This document shows positions 52,967 to 63,279 of a stretch of 64,000 nucleotides of DNA, one piece after another (the first letter of the stretch is position 1; every line of letters begins with the position of its first letter). Location: NCBI GenBank assembly GCA_965262115.1, contig OZ253496.1:480001-544000 (forward strand), given 5' to 3'. The notes under the pieces were generated by a model. The model searched no databases, was not told the origin of the DNA, and saw only the letters and a program-made list of their open reading frames with translations. The DNA comes from Nitrospinales bacterium. Its GTDB lineage: Bacteria > Nitrospinota > Nitrospinia > Nitrospinales > VA-1. The position numbers and the translations under genes were made by a program.

Positions 52967-53608
52967 ATGAGCATTGCAGAGAATATTGCCCAGGTGGCGT
53001 TAGAAATCGGCGCAATCCAAATCAATGCCCGCGAGCCTTTCACTTGGGCTTCCGGTTATAAAATGCCCCTCTATAATGACAACCGCCTGCTTCTGGGAAA
53101 CGCCGAACACCGTGCCCTGATTGCAAAAGGCTTTCAAGACCTGTTAAAAAAATGTGCGGCTGAAGTAGAAGTCATAGCCGGCACCGCGACCGCCGGGATC
53201 CCCCATGCCACCACTCTGGCTGACCTGCTTCAGATTCCCTTGGTTTATGTCAGGTCTACGGCCAAATCCCATGGCATGGGCAACAAAATTGAAGGGGTTC
53301 TAAAACAAAATCAGCGGGTATTAGTCATTGAGGATCTGGTTTCAACAGGGGCGAGTGCGGTCAACGCCGTGACAGCCATCCGGAAAGCCGGGGGCATTGT
53401 CGACCATTGTTGCAGTATTTTCAGCTATGGGTTCCCCGAGGCTACAGAAAAGTTTAAAAGCATCTCCTGCCAAATCCATTCTATCCTAATTTTTTCCGAA
53501 CTGCTGCAGGTAGCCCAATTCACCCAAAATCTCCCTCAAAATGATATTGAAACACTGCGCTCCTGGCAGGAAGCCCCCTTCAAGTGGGCAGAAAATAAGG
53601 GGCTTTAA
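52967..53608 (+). CDS. pyrE: Orotate phosphoribosyltransferase
   Basis: PFTWASG..P.Y.DNR, GTATAGIP, VIEDLVSTG. Confidence 0.95.
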   Translation: MSIAENIAQVALEIGAIQINAREPFTWASGYKMPLYNDNRLLLGNAEHRALIAKGFQDLLKKCAAEVEVIAGTATAGIPHATTLADLLQIPLVYVRSTAKSHGMGNKIEGVLKQNQRVLVIEDLVSTGASAVNAVTAIRKAGGIVDHCCSIFSYGFPEATEKFKSISCQIHSILIFSELLQVAQFTQNLPQNDIETLRSWQEAPFKWAENKGL

Positions 53609-53810
53609 GCTACTATAGCGTACCTTTAAGTCTGCGTTGCTCTGGGCTCGACTAGCAATAACTTTCTTTAGTGAGCAAAGAATCGTATCGGCTCAATAAG
53701 CTCTTGTCCAGATTCCGACTCACTTGTTTGCAGCTTCGAGTACCGTGTCCATTTCCTCTATATTTCAAATCAGAATAAGTATGCTCATGGGCAAACCCCT
53801 TAATAATTTA

Positions 53811-53840
53811 TTGACATATGAAATCTATTTCGTGTATTAT
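53811..53840 (+). promoter_or_regulatory. Sigma70 promoter with palindromic operator in the spacer
   Basis: TTGACA-18 bp-TATTAT; ATGAAAT-CT-ATTTCGT inverted repeat between the boxes. Confidence 0.65.
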
Positions 53841-53907
53841 ATTTCTTGTATTAATCATGGCATAAGTTAAGCTTTGGAAGTATTGTCTGTTCCAAATAGG
53901 ATCTAGG

Positions 53908-54201
53908 ATGAGCGCAAGAAAAATAAATACTCCGTCGTGGACTTTTTTGACGAATCATGGACACGTTCTGTTGTGTCTGGCCAAAAATCCGTCTGAACGC
54001 ATTCGAGACATTGCATTGGAAGTTGGAATCACGGAACGTGCAGTTCAGCGCATTATCGTTGAGCTGGAGGCGGGCCGGTATTTGGACCACATCCGCGAAG
54101 GAAGGAGAAACGTGTACAAAGTGTTCAGCCGCAAGCCCCTGAGACATGGTATTGAGAAACATCGACAAGTACATGATCTGATCCAGCTAATTAATAAATG
54201 A
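53908..54201 (+). CDS. Winged-HTH transcriptional regulator
   Basis: [11 protein letters not shown]...[17 protein letters not shown]...REGRRNVY. Confidence 0.88.
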   Translation: MSARKINTPSWTFLTNHGHVLLCLAKNPSERIRDIALEVGITERAVQRIIVELEAGRYLDHIREGRRNVYKVFSRKPLRHGIEKHRQVHDLIQLINK

Positions 54202-54391
54202 CTTGAAGCAAATCATAATGCCCATATATCAACATCCTCGATGAAGCCGAAAATATACTTAATTACTTACGGAATACTCGAGCTAATTATTTGGAAAATA
54301 AAAATACGGGAAATAAAAGCGAACTGAGTGAAGCGTTCTCATTTATGGGGAGTACGCTGGAGATCTCTATGCAAGAGGTAAATCCTTCTAT

Positions 54392-57300
54392 ATGAGTACT
54401 ATTTCAGTGAAGCCCCTTTCCTCAGAAGATCGTGATCGGGTTCGGCAAATTGTATTGAACGCCAGTGAGCCAATTGCGCCGTTTTGGCCCATGCGGACCA
54501 TGATCGCGCAGAATCCCATTCATGGATTGGAATATCTGCCGTTTGATCAGGCTGTTCGAAAAGGCCAGGCCCTCCTTGGTGGAAATGGGTATCTTGCGAA
54601 TGAGGAGTATCGTCAATTTTACCGAAACGGCCGTATTACCAAAGAAAGTTTTAAGCGCGCTTTTTCCAGGGTTGGGCCTCGCCCCGATGGACAGGTTTTT
54701 ATTGAAGTTGGAAGTCGAAAGGTTACCCCAAAAGATGCTTGGCAATTACACATACTTTTTGGCTTCGAGGAATTGCCATTATCCCTCTTGGAATGGGAGT
54801 TAAGCGGTGGTGGAGCTACAAAACAGTTTCGGCAAGATCTTTCCGAGGAATCCCAGAAACAAATTATTGAGCAAACCATCAAAGAATGTGAACAGTGTCC
54901 GGTGTATCCAGAAGAGGCCTACCTGACGAATTTATGGAAGAGTGTGTTAGCCACCTTCGGGCTATCTGATTTTCATGCTTCATCTCAAATATCTGGGGAT
55001 TCGCATTCGCAAACTTCAGCACCCATTTCCTTGTCGCCTCAACAGACCATCAGCGATTGGGTTGATGGTTTGACTGAGGGTGGGGTGGTCGACCAAGTCA
55101 ATAATCAACTCATAGAATGGGTGGCGGCGTTTCTCGATGAAGGATTAGCCGGCTGGGAAATGCCTGGCCGAGAAGTAGGTTTCTACCAAGTATGGCGGAA
55201 CCTGGCGCAGAAAGATTTTTCGGGGCAGCTTCTCGGGATTACAGATTTCGCCCAAAAAGTTCATAGCCTTCCTGCAGCTCCAGAGGACGCGATCCGTTCC
55301 AGCTTGCACCAACTCGAAATTCCCCAAGAACAATGGGAAGATTATCTCTCAAGGCAACTATCATTATTACCAGGCTGGACGCGATACATACGGTGGCTTG
55401 GGGAACACCCAACCTACCATGCGCAACACAAACATCCCATTGACACCACACAATATCTGGCCGTGCGTTTATTCTATGAAATGGAGTTGACCAACATTAA
55501 GTGCCAGCAAGAATGGGGAATTGATGGGACCGTTTCTACCCTGACTGCATATTGGAATGATCGACCCAAAGAATACCACCAACAAAGTTGGCATGGAGTG
55601 CAATCTGGGAATCAAACTAAACAGATGAAATGTCGATATGCTTGGCGATTATTCCATTTGGCACAGTTTCTTGAGTTATCTCCAAGAGAAGTTCAAGATC
55701 TCTCGCTTACTAATGCCCAGATGTTGTTGCAATGGTTAGATCACTTTCCTGCTGATCAACATGGAAGGGTATGGATTGAGGCATACGAAGATTCCTTTCG
55801 AGAGAAGATGCTGAGAAATATTTCAGCGCATCGCGGAACGGTACCAGAATTGGAAACTCGTCCCCATGCACAACTAGCCTTTTGTATCGACGTACGTTCC
55901 GAATCATTTCGTCGCCATATTGAAGCCCAGGGTTCCTATGAAACGTTTGGGTTTGCAGGGTTTTTTGGCATTCCCATTAGCCATCAAGCTTTTGATAGTA
56001 ATCAACGTTACTCTTTATGTCCGGTATTATTGACTCCTAACCATGCGGTAACGGAATCACCTCGGTCGGGAGAGGGAGCGGCGTTAGAAAAATATTCTTC
56101 TGGTACTCGCTGGTACCAACTGGGGCACCATCTTTTTCACGACCTGAAACATCATCCTATTGGGTCGATGATGATGATTGATGTATTGGGATTCTTTTTT
56201 AGTCTGGGGTTGGTGGGCAAGACCTTGTTCCAAAAAAGATTTCGTGGAATGACCTCTACTATCCAGAGTTGGTTGACGCATAGGGTTCCAACCCAGATCT
56301 CAATTTCCACGCCATCTAATCCTCAAAATCCCAGGATCGGAGAAGTGAATGCGGAAGGGATTCCTGACAGGCTTTCTCGGGGGTTTTCTCTTTCGGAACG
56401 GGCGATATTTATCAAAAATGGTTTGCGTGCTATGGGGTTCACCAAAAATTTTGCTCGTTTGGTGTGCCTCTGTGGCCATGGGAGTGAGACCGACAACAAT
56501 CCCTACTATGGGGCGTTGGATTGCGGGGCTTGCGGGGGAGCACCGGGCGATGCAAATGCGCGAGTTTTTGCCGCGATGGCGAATGAACCTGAAGTTCGTC
56601 GCATTCTCAAGGAAATAGGGTTGCCGATTCCCGATGACACCTGGTTTCTTCCGGGGAAACATAACACGACGACTGATCGGGTCGAGTTTTACGATCTAGA
56701 GGAACTGCCTGATTCGCATAAAGAATATTTTCAGGCGTTGAAAAAGAATCTCGAAGAAGCTGGTGCGAAGCAGGCTCTTGAGCGATGCCATCGCATTCCC
56801 AGTGCTCCGACTGAAATTTCTCCAGAGCAGGCTTTTGCTCATGTAGACGAACGCAGTTGCGATTGGGCGAATACTCGACCGGAATGGGGATTAGCGGGCA
56901 ATGGCGCATTTCTCATTGGAAAACGAAAACTGACCAAAGGGTTAGATTTAGGCGGTCGGGTTTTCTTGCATTCTTATGATTCTGCTGATGATCCCCAGGG
57001 AGCCATCCTCGAAAATATCATGACTGCGCCATTAATTGTCGGCCAGTGGATTAGCACAGGCTATTATTTTTCTACGGTTGATCCGTGGGTGTATGGAAGT
57101 GGCAGCAAGGTGTTGCACAATGTCGTCGGGGGTGTTGGGATGATGCTGGGAAGCCAAAGTGATTTGCAAATGGGATTCCCCTTACAAACAGTTAATAACG
57201 GAGAAACTCATTATCATGAACCTATGCGACTCTTAGCTATCATCGAACAGACACCGAGTGTAATCTCATCTGTCATTCAAAAACACTCGATCCTTCAACA

Positions 57301-57406
57301 GTTGTTTCATAATCAATGGCTCAATCTTGTGGCCTTGGATCCCAATACGTTTGAGTTTCATCGGTACAATTCGAATGCTTCTTGGGAATCCATACGGCTG
57401 GGGTAA
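54392..57406 (+). CDS. dabA: DabA/MpsB (DUF2309) beta-carbonic-anhydrase-like subunit of an inorganic carbon pump
   Basis: IAPFWP, FCIDVRSE, GHGS..NNPY, LDCGACGG Zn ligands, RPEWGLA, FLHSYD, HEPMRL. Confidence 0.92.
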   Translation: MSTISVKPLSSEDRDRVRQIVLNASEPIAPFWPMRTMIAQNPIHGLEYLPFDQAVRKGQALLGGNGYLANEEYRQFYRNGRITKESFKRAFSRVGPRPDGQVFIEVGSRKVTPKDAWQLHILFGFEELPLSLLEWELSGGGATKQFRQDLSEESQKQIIEQTIKECEQCPVYPEEAYLTNLWKSVLATFGLSDFHASSQISGDSHSQTSAPISLSPQQTISDWVDGLTEGGVVDQVNNQLIEWVAAFLDEGLAGWEMPGREVGFYQVWRNLAQKDFSGQLLGITDFAQKVHSLPAAPEDAIRSSLHQLEIPQEQWEDYLSRQLSLLPGWTRYIRWLGEHPTYHAQHKHPIDTTQYLAVRLFYEMELTNIKCQQEWGIDGTVSTLTAYWNDRPKEYHQQSWHGVQSGNQTKQMKCRYAWRLFHLAQFLELSPREVQDLSLTNAQMLLQWLDHFPADQHGRVWIEAYEDSFREKMLRNISAHRGTVPELETRPHAQLAFCIDVRSESFRRHIEAQGSYETFGFAGFFGIPISHQAFDSNQRYSLCPVLLTPNHAVTESPRSGEGAALEKYSSGTRWYQLGHHLFHDLKHHPIGSMMMIDVLGFFFSLGLVGKTLFQKRFRGMTSTIQSWLTHRVPTQISISTPSNPQNPRIGEVNAEGIPDRLSRGFSLSERAIFIKNGLRAMGFTKNFARLVCLCGHGSETDNNPYYGALDCGACGGAPGDANARVFAAMANEPEVRRILKEIGLPIPDDTWFLPGKHNTTTDRVEFYDLEELPDSHKEYFQALKKNLEEAGAKQALERCHRIPSAPTEISPEQAFAHVDERSCDWANTRPEWGLAGNGAFLIGKRKLTKGLDLGGRVFLHSYDSADDPQGAILENIMTAPLIVGQWISTGYYFSTVDPWVYGSGSKVLHNVVGGVGMMLGSQSDLQMGFPLQTVNNGETHYHEPMRLLAIIEQTPSVISSVIQKHSILQQLFHNQWLNLVALDPNTFEFHRYNSNASWESIRLG

Positions 57407-57415
57407 AGCAGAGTT

Positions 57416-57898
57416 ATGTCACCAATAACACTCATTCTAAAAACTATCGGACTTTTCGGGCTTTGGGTCTTGTTATCCGGCAAGCTGGACGCGTTTCATC
57501 TCTCAATTGGATTTCTCGGTGCTGCTTTGATTGCTTGGGTGAACACCGAACCTCAACATTTAGATGAACCACCATTGCCTCACGTACGACTTATCCTTTA
57601 TTGGCCTTGGTTATTCTTGGAAATTGTCAAGAGCAGTCTAAATATTACGAAAATTATTCTTGATCCAAAGCTTCCTATCAATCCACGACTCATCCAATAT
57701 CCTACTAATCTTGGAAGTAATCCAGCGGTTGTATTGTTGGGAAATTCTATTACGTTAACCCCGGGGACTGTCACGATTGAGGTCTCCTCCAGTGAATTGG
57801 TGATTCATGCTCTGGATGACAAATCATCCAGCGGTCTGGAGTCGAGAGACATGGAACGAAAAATTGCCGAGGCTTTCCATTCGAGGGGGCAAACCTGA
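57416..57898 (+). CDS. mrpE: Mrp/Mnh subunit E-like
   Basis: NSITLTPGT..I...L.IHAL. Confidence 0.88.
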   Translation: MSPITLILKTIGLFGLWVLLSGKLDAFHLSIGFLGAALIAWVNTEPQHLDEPPLPHVRLILYWPWLFLEIVKSSLNITKIILDPKLPINPRLIQYPTNLGSNPAVVLLGNSITLTPGTVTIEVSSSELVIHALDDKSSSGLESRDMERKIAEAFHSRGQT

Positions 57899-58170
57899 TG
57901 TTTACTTCGTACCATTTTTTCTTTCTCATTCTCACCATACTTATCCTTGTTTATATGTATCGGGTGTTTCAGGGTCCTACAGTTTACGACCGGATTTTGG
58001 GCCTAAATGGGATTTCAACCAAGGCCATTCTTTTGTTGACCATTTTGGGAAGTCTGTATGGACGAATAGAAATGTTTGTTGATATCGCGTTGGGCTATGC
58101 CATGCTCAACATTATTGGTGGACTGGCGGTAGGAAAATATCTAGAACAAAAAGGGACTCGGGAATGTTAG
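57898..58170 (+). CDS. mrpF: Mrp/Mnh subunit F-like
   Basis: RVFQGPTVYDRI, FVDIAL.YA. Confidence 0.88.
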   Translation: MFTSYHFFFLILTILILVYMYRVFQGPTVYDRILGLNGISTKAILLLTILGSLYGRIEMFVDIALGYAMLNIIGGLAVGKYLEQKGTREC

Positions 58171-58463
58171 CAGTCGATACCCTATTAATTTGTATTGGCC
58201 TCTTTTTTCTGACGGTTGCGGCTATTGGCATCGTTCGTTTACCTGATGTCTTTTCCAGATCTCATGCGTTAAGCATTACCGATACCCTTGGCACTTTTTT
58301 TGTCTTAACAGGCGTGGCTTTTTATCAAGGGCTTACCCTTGCTGATGTGAAAATAATGTTGATTCTTCTTGCCCTTTGGCATCTTAATCCAGTCATTTCC
58401 CATGTGATCCTTAGAGTAGCTCTCCGAAATGGTGTGCGCCCTTGGGTCAAGGAGAAAAAATGA
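58164..58463 (+). CDS. mrpG: Mrp/Mnh subunit G-like
   Basis: GIVRLPDVFSRSHA..DTLG, NPV.SH. Confidence 0.88.
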   Translation: MLAVDTLLICIGLFFLTVAAIGIVRLPDVFSRSHALSITDTLGTFFVLTGVAFYQGLTLADVKIMLILLALWHLNPVISHVILRVALRNGVRPWVKEKK

Positions 58464-58999
58464 CGCTATTTGACGACTATCTTCTTCTTCTTTTGGCGGT
58501 TGTGACGGCACTGGGTGCTGTCTTTGTTCGCGACCTCTTTAGTGGAGTGCTTACCTTGGCTGCTTACAGTTTTTTTCTGGCACTTCTCTGGGCTGGTCTC
58601 GGAGCTGTTGATGTGGCCTTTACCGAAGCTGTTGTGGGTGCTGGCTTGTCCACCTTGTTTTTTTTGGTGGCCTTGTATCTAACCTCTCATCAAGAAGAAG
58701 TTCGCAAACAGTTGCCGGTACGGATAATGGCATTGGGGGGCCTGGGGATTCTGGGTTTTCTACTATTATTTGGGTCCGTGGATCTACCGGTGGTCGGGGA
58801 CCCTAAATCGCTACCTAGTAAACATGTTTCTTCCCACTATTTAAGAAAGAGTCTGGAGGAAACAGATACCCCCAATGTGGTGACGGCGGTGTTGGCCGAC
58901 TATCGAGGCTTCGACACCCTGGGCGAGACCACTGTCATATTTACCGCAGGGATAGCCTGTTGGATGTTATTAAGGAGAAGAGATAATTCAGCCACTTGA
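58460..58999 (+). CDS. DUF4040/MbhE-like split MrpA/B subunit
   Basis: AVDVAFTEAVVGAG and NVVTAVLADYRGFDTLGE. Confidence 0.85.
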   Translation: MTLFDDYLLLLLAVVTALGAVFVRDLFSGVLTLAAYSFFLALLWAGLGAVDVAFTEAVVGAGLSTLFFLVALYLTSHQEEVRKQLPVRIMALGGLGILGFLLLFGSVDLPVVGDPKSLPSKHVSSHYLRKSLEETDTPNVVTAVLADYRGFDTLGETTVIFTAGIACWMLLRRRDNSAT

Positions 59000-59435
59000 C
59001 AGTGTAATAGTTCACACCCTGACCAGAGTTATTACACCCGTTATTCAACTCTTTGCATTGTATGTACTTATTCATGGACACGATAGTCCAGGTGGCGGGT
59101 TCCAGGCAGGAACGTTGTTTGCGGCTAGTGTCATTCTGCCAATCATTGCCTTCGGCATTCAAGGTTCTCTGAGCGTGCTTGAAAGGCGAGCGATTATTTT
59201 AGGCGGGATCGGCATTTTACTTTTTGCGGGAATCGGTCTACTTCCACTTATCCTTGGAGGGGAGTTTTTAAATTACGGAAAACTGCCTATCCCAGGTATG
59301 GAGGCTTCTGCCAGGCGGCACTGGGGGATTTTGGGAATTGAAATAGGCGTTACGATTACGGTCGCTGCTACAGCCGTTTCAATTTATTATAGTTTGAGAG
59401 AACGCGGAGAAGGAGAGGAAAAACAGCATGGCTGA
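58983..59435 (+). CDS. mrpB: Mrp/Mnh subunit B-like (start uncertain)
   Basis: HGHDSPGGGFQAG; conserved N-terminal part (SVIVHTLTRVITPVIQLF) lies upstream of the first canonical start at 59058. Confidence 0.8.
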   Translation: MIQPLDSVIVHTLTRVITPVIQLFALYVLIHGHDSPGGGFQAGTLFAASVILPIIAFGIQGSLSVLERRAIILGGIGILLFAGIGLLPLILGGEFLNYGKLPIPGMEASARRHWGILGIEIGVTITVAATAVSIYYSLRERGEGEEKQHG

Positions 59436-59796
59436 CATATTTCTCTATCGTCCCCACTTTGTCGCGTTTATCATCCTATTTCTTTTGGGCATATATATCA
59501 TGGTGGTGTGTCTCAACCTGGTCAAAAAACTCATCGGTATGTACATCATGCAAACCAGTATCATGTTATTCTTTATCACCCTGGCAGTGAAAGAGGACAG
59601 TACGATTCCCATTATTTTGCCTTCTGTGACGGCATTGGCTCCCGAAGCCTATGCGAACCCCCTTCCCCATGTGTTGATGCTCACGGCGATTGTAGTTGGA
59701 GTTAGCACTCTTGGCGTTTCGCTTGCCATGGTTATTGCTTTGTACAGAGAGTACAACACATTGGAAGAAGATCAGATACTTGAAAAGATGAAATGA
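59428..59796 (+). CDS. mrpC: Mrp/Mnh subunit C-like
   Basis: NLVKKLIG, NPLPHVLMLTAIVVG. Confidence 0.9.
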   Translation: MADIFLYRPHFVAFIILFLLGIYIMVVCLNLVKKLIGMYIMQTSIMLFFITLAVKEDSTIPIILPSVTALAPEAYANPLPHVLMLTAIVVGVSTLGVSLAMVIALYREYNTLEEDQILEKMK

Positions 59797-61265
59797 CCTC
59801 AAGCCTACCAGGTTTTTTATTCGCCATTCCCTTTTTTGCCGCAATTGTAATACCAGTTGTCGGTTTCACTAATCAGAAACTTTGTCGCCCGATTGCTCTC
59901 GGTGCTTTGGTTTTCCTTAGCATTGTATCGGTCATTGGCTTGAGTGAGGCTATATCGCATGGTCCACTGTCTCATGAATTTGGGGGATGGGCACCGCCTA
60001 TTGGCATTGAGTGGGTGATCGATGGGTTGAGCGGACTCCTAATGGTAGCGATTAGTATCGTCTCGCTTATTGCGCTTGTGCATGCAGGCCCTCTGGTCGA
60101 AAAAGAATTATCCGGTCGAGTGATACCCTTTTATTCTCTTTCTCTTCTGTTAATTGCAGCCTTGGGTGGAATGGTATTGGCCGGAGACCTGTTTAACCTT
60201 TTTGTTTTTTTAGAAATCGGCTCGCTGGCTAGTTATGTTCTGGTCGGTGTGGCTGGAGGCCGTTCTCTTCTTTCTGCTTATCGCTATTTGATTCTCGGTA
60301 CCATCGGGGCATCCCTATACTTGTTAGGTGTGGGGTATTTTTATGCGGAAACCGGAACGCTCAACGTGGCAGATATGGCGCTACGACTTCCGGATGTTCT
60401 CGATTCTCGGGCGGTGCTAACAGGGTTGATATTCATTGTCTTGGGGTTGTCCATTAAGATGGGATTATTCCCATTGCATGGATGGTTGCCTGATGCATAT
60501 ACCTACGCACCGGACTCTTGCACTCCTTTACTAGCCTCGGTGGTGACGAAAGTTCCATTATATGCTTTCGTCCGTATTGCCTTTTGGGTTTTTGGTATGG
60601 CCACGGTGACCACACAAATCCCAATCTTGGTGGTGCTGGGCTGGGTCGGTGCTGTGGCTGCGATTGTTGGAGCTTACCGTGCAATTTGGCAAGAAAATTT
60701 CAAACGCATGTTGGCGTATTCTAGCGTTTCCTCTATGGGATTAATTATGTTGGGTTTCAGTCTGGGTACTGAAACAGGATTTGCGGGAGGACTGTTTTAC
60801 CTCTTGGCGGATACCTTGATGAAAGCCGCTCTCTTTGGCGTGGCTGGAGCCGCGAGCTGTCAATATGGCGCGAGTACAGTGACAGACCTTGCGCGATTGC
60901 GACGAAACATGCCCTGGGTGTTGGCTGCATTGGTTATCTCGGCATTGTCCATGGTGGGCATTCCTCCGACTGCTGGATTTTTCGGAAAATGGCACTTGGT
61001 CGTCGGTGCATTGGAGGCTGAGAAATACTTTGCTGTCGTTGCTATTTTGGTCACGAGTATGCTGACCGCCTTGTATTTCTTTCGAATGTTTCAACGTGTG
61101 TGGGCCGAAGAATCCCTTCCGCTAGTTGAGCCTCATGTTCTCGAGACGCCCTTTCCCATAAGGATGAGTTTAGGTGTTCTGACTTTCGGGATTATAGCGT
61201 TGGGGTTGGGAAGTGATCTTGTTATGGGGTTAATTTTTGAGTCGGTTATCCCGAAGGGATTTTAA
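59793..61265 (+). CDS. mrpD: Mrp/Mnh subunit D-like proton-pumping membrane subunit
   Basis: GGWAPPIGI, DLFNLFVFLE, K.GLFPLH.WLPDAY, KRMLAYSS, GIPP..GF.GK. Confidence 0.9.
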   Translation: MTSSLPGFLFAIPFFAAIVIPVVGFTNQKLCRPIALGALVFLSIVSVIGLSEAISHGPLSHEFGGWAPPIGIEWVIDGLSGLLMVAISIVSLIALVHAGPLVEKELSGRVIPFYSLSLLLIAALGGMVLAGDLFNLFVFLEIGSLASYVLVGVAGGRSLLSAYRYLILGTIGASLYLLGVGYFYAETGTLNVADMALRLPDVLDSRAVLTGLIFIVLGLSIKMGLFPLHGWLPDAYTYAPDSCTPLLASVVTKVPLYAFVRIAFWVFGMATVTTQIPILVVLGWVGAVAAIVGAYRAIWQENFKRMLAYSSVSSMGLIMLGFSLGTETGFAGGLFYLLADTLMKAALFGVAGAASCQYGASTVTDLARLRRNMPWVLAALVISALSMVGIPPTAGFFGKWHLVVGALEAEKYFAVVAILVTSMLTALYFFRMFQRVWAEESLPLVEPHVLETPFPIRMSLGVLTFGIIALGLGSDLVMGLIFESVIPKGF

Positions 61266-61290
61266 TTTCTTTAACTAAAGTGAATGGGTT

Positions 61291-63231
61291 GTGATGGAAT
61301 TTGTGTATATCTTTATCCCGCTTCTCCCTTTATTGGCGTTTGTTGTACTTGCGTTGGGTGGTAGCCGGTTTCCAAGCGATAGTCATAAAATAGGGATCCC
61401 TGCAATTGCAGGCTCTTTTATATTGTCGATCCTTGCTTTTGTCCAGGTCTCGAAAAATGGCCCGATTGATGTGCCGCTTTATACTCTGCTGGAGTCTGGA
61501 AATTTAACGATTGACTTGGGTTTGCATATCGATCAGTTGACTGTGCTACTGCTTTTGGTAACTGGTGTCAGCGGTGTGGTTCATGTGTACTCCTCTAGAT
61601 ACATGATCGATGATCCTAAATACAATCGATTCTTCGCGGTGATTGCACTCTTTACTTTTTCCATGCTCATGGTGGTAATGAGTCGCAACCTGCTCATGCT
61701 TTATTTTTTTTGGGAGGTCATGGGGCTCTGTTCTTATCTGCTGATTTCTCATGCTGCAGATAGAAAGTCAGCTGGACAAGCTGCGACCAAAGCGTTTTTG
61801 GTCAATGCCGTAGCTGATGTAGGATTCGGTCTGGGTGTGATTCTTGCGTTCAGGACATTTGGTACACTCGATATTCCTCAGATTTTGGAACTAGCTCCAG
61901 CCATGGCTAATGATACAGTAAATGTCCTCGCGTGGATGGGTCTTGATCTTCATATTCGATCTGTCACACTTATTTCACTGCTTTTATTTACAGGTGTGAT
62001 GGGTAAATCCGCACAGATTCCATTTCATGTGTGGTTGCCGTTTGCTATGGAAGCTCCCACACCTGTGTCTGCATTAATCCATGCTGCAACCATGGTGAAT
62101 GCGGGTCCATTTTTGTTAGTGCGATTGAGTCCATTGATTATTCTTTCTCCGTTCGCCATGACGGTCATTTTCATTATTGGTGCCACTACCGCGGTATTTG
62201 CTGGGTTAGTTTCCTTGACTCAATCGGACATCAAAAAGATTTTGGCCTATTCCACAATGAGTCAAATCGGGTTCATGGTTATGGCATGTGGTTTGGGCGC
62301 GTTTGCAGTTGCGATTTTCCATCTTCTTGCCCATGGGTGCTACAAAGCGTTCTTTTTTCTATCTACCGGCAATGCGTTGCGATCAGTGGAACAGGGCCTT
62401 GGGCATGGTGACCATGAACACCCTGTCTCTGATGGCATGGGGGTCTTATATGGCGGGGCCTTGTTGTTGGCGTTACTCCCGCCGTTAGTGCTGTTTTCCG
62501 GATCGTATGAATATTTGTGGGGGGTCACGGGGTTTATTTCTGCCACGATCGGATTTAAAGTCATTGGCTTGGTTACGGTATTTGTGACTTCTCAATATCT
62601 TTTTAAAGGTGTCACCTCGCTTTTTGTTCACGGTCCAAAGACGTACTGGCCCGCTTCAGGACAGCATAGTTTGGAGACGCAATCTATTCGACCACAGCTT
62701 TTAAATAGCTCCATTTTAACTGGCCTTTTTCTGGCTACGTTTTTTGTAGGGGGGCTATTGACTCTGTTTTGGAGTTGGTTCGCCGACTTTCTTGCTCCGG
62801 CTTTGACCTTTCCAGGAGTCACGTTGGGCGAAGGTGCAGTTGAGCATGGCTTTCCTTTTTGGCTTGTGGTTTCTCTTGGTGTGGCAATTGCGGGATGGGT
62901 CTATGCATACTCAACACAAGTTCGATCTCAACATCAGGTCTCCAGAGCAAGTAGGATAAGCAATCGATGGTATGTCCTATTTTGGAATAAATTCTACGTC
63001 GATGAAATCTACGATATGTATATCGTAAATCCCATCATCCGGTTGGCCCAACGGTTCTCTCGATCGGCTGAGACGAGAGAAATGCGACAGAGTATGTGGA
63101 AGTTCGGTCTTCAGACTATGCCTTTGAGCGACATGTTAGTCTTTGCCAAACCACGCTTAATTGGGCACAACATTCTCTTTTTGATTTTTGGTTTTGTGTT
63201 TATCATGAGCCTTCTTTATATTTTGAGTTAA
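61291..63231 (+). CDS. NuoL/DabB-like proton-pumping membrane subunit
   Basis: WEVMGLCSYLLI, GKSAQIPFH.WLP.AMEAPTPVSALIHAATMV, DIKKILAYST. Confidence 0.9.
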   Translation: MMEFVYIFIPLLPLLAFVVLALGGSRFPSDSHKIGIPAIAGSFILSILAFVQVSKNGPIDVPLYTLLESGNLTIDLGLHIDQLTVLLLLVTGVSGVVHVYSSRYMIDDPKYNRFFAVIALFTFSMLMVVMSRNLLMLYFFWEVMGLCSYLLISHAADRKSAGQAATKAFLVNAVADVGFGLGVILAFRTFGTLDIPQILELAPAMANDTVNVLAWMGLDLHIRSVTLISLLLFTGVMGKSAQIPFHVWLPFAMEAPTPVSALIHAATMVNAGPFLLVRLSPLIILSPFAMTVIFIIGATTAVFAGLVSLTQSDIKKILAYSTMSQIGFMVMACGLGAFAVAIFHLLAHGCYKAFFFLSTGNALRSVEQGLGHGDHEHPVSDGMGVLYGGALLLALLPPLVLFSGSYEYLWGVTGFISATIGFKVIGLVTVFVTSQYLFKGVTSLFVHGPKTYWPASGQHSLETQSIRPQLLNSSILTGLFLATFFVGGLLTLFWSWFADFLAPALTFPGVTLGEGAVEHGFPFWLVVSLGVAIAGWVYAYSTQVRSQHQVSRASRISNRWYVLFWNKFYVDEIYDMYIVNPIIRLAQRFSRSAETREMRQSMWKFGLQTMPLSDMLVFAKPRLIGHNILFLIFGFVFIMSLLYILS

Positions 63232-63279
63232 ATGCGAGATTGTCGAAATTTTTATGGAACTTAAGGGTCTATTGATTCG

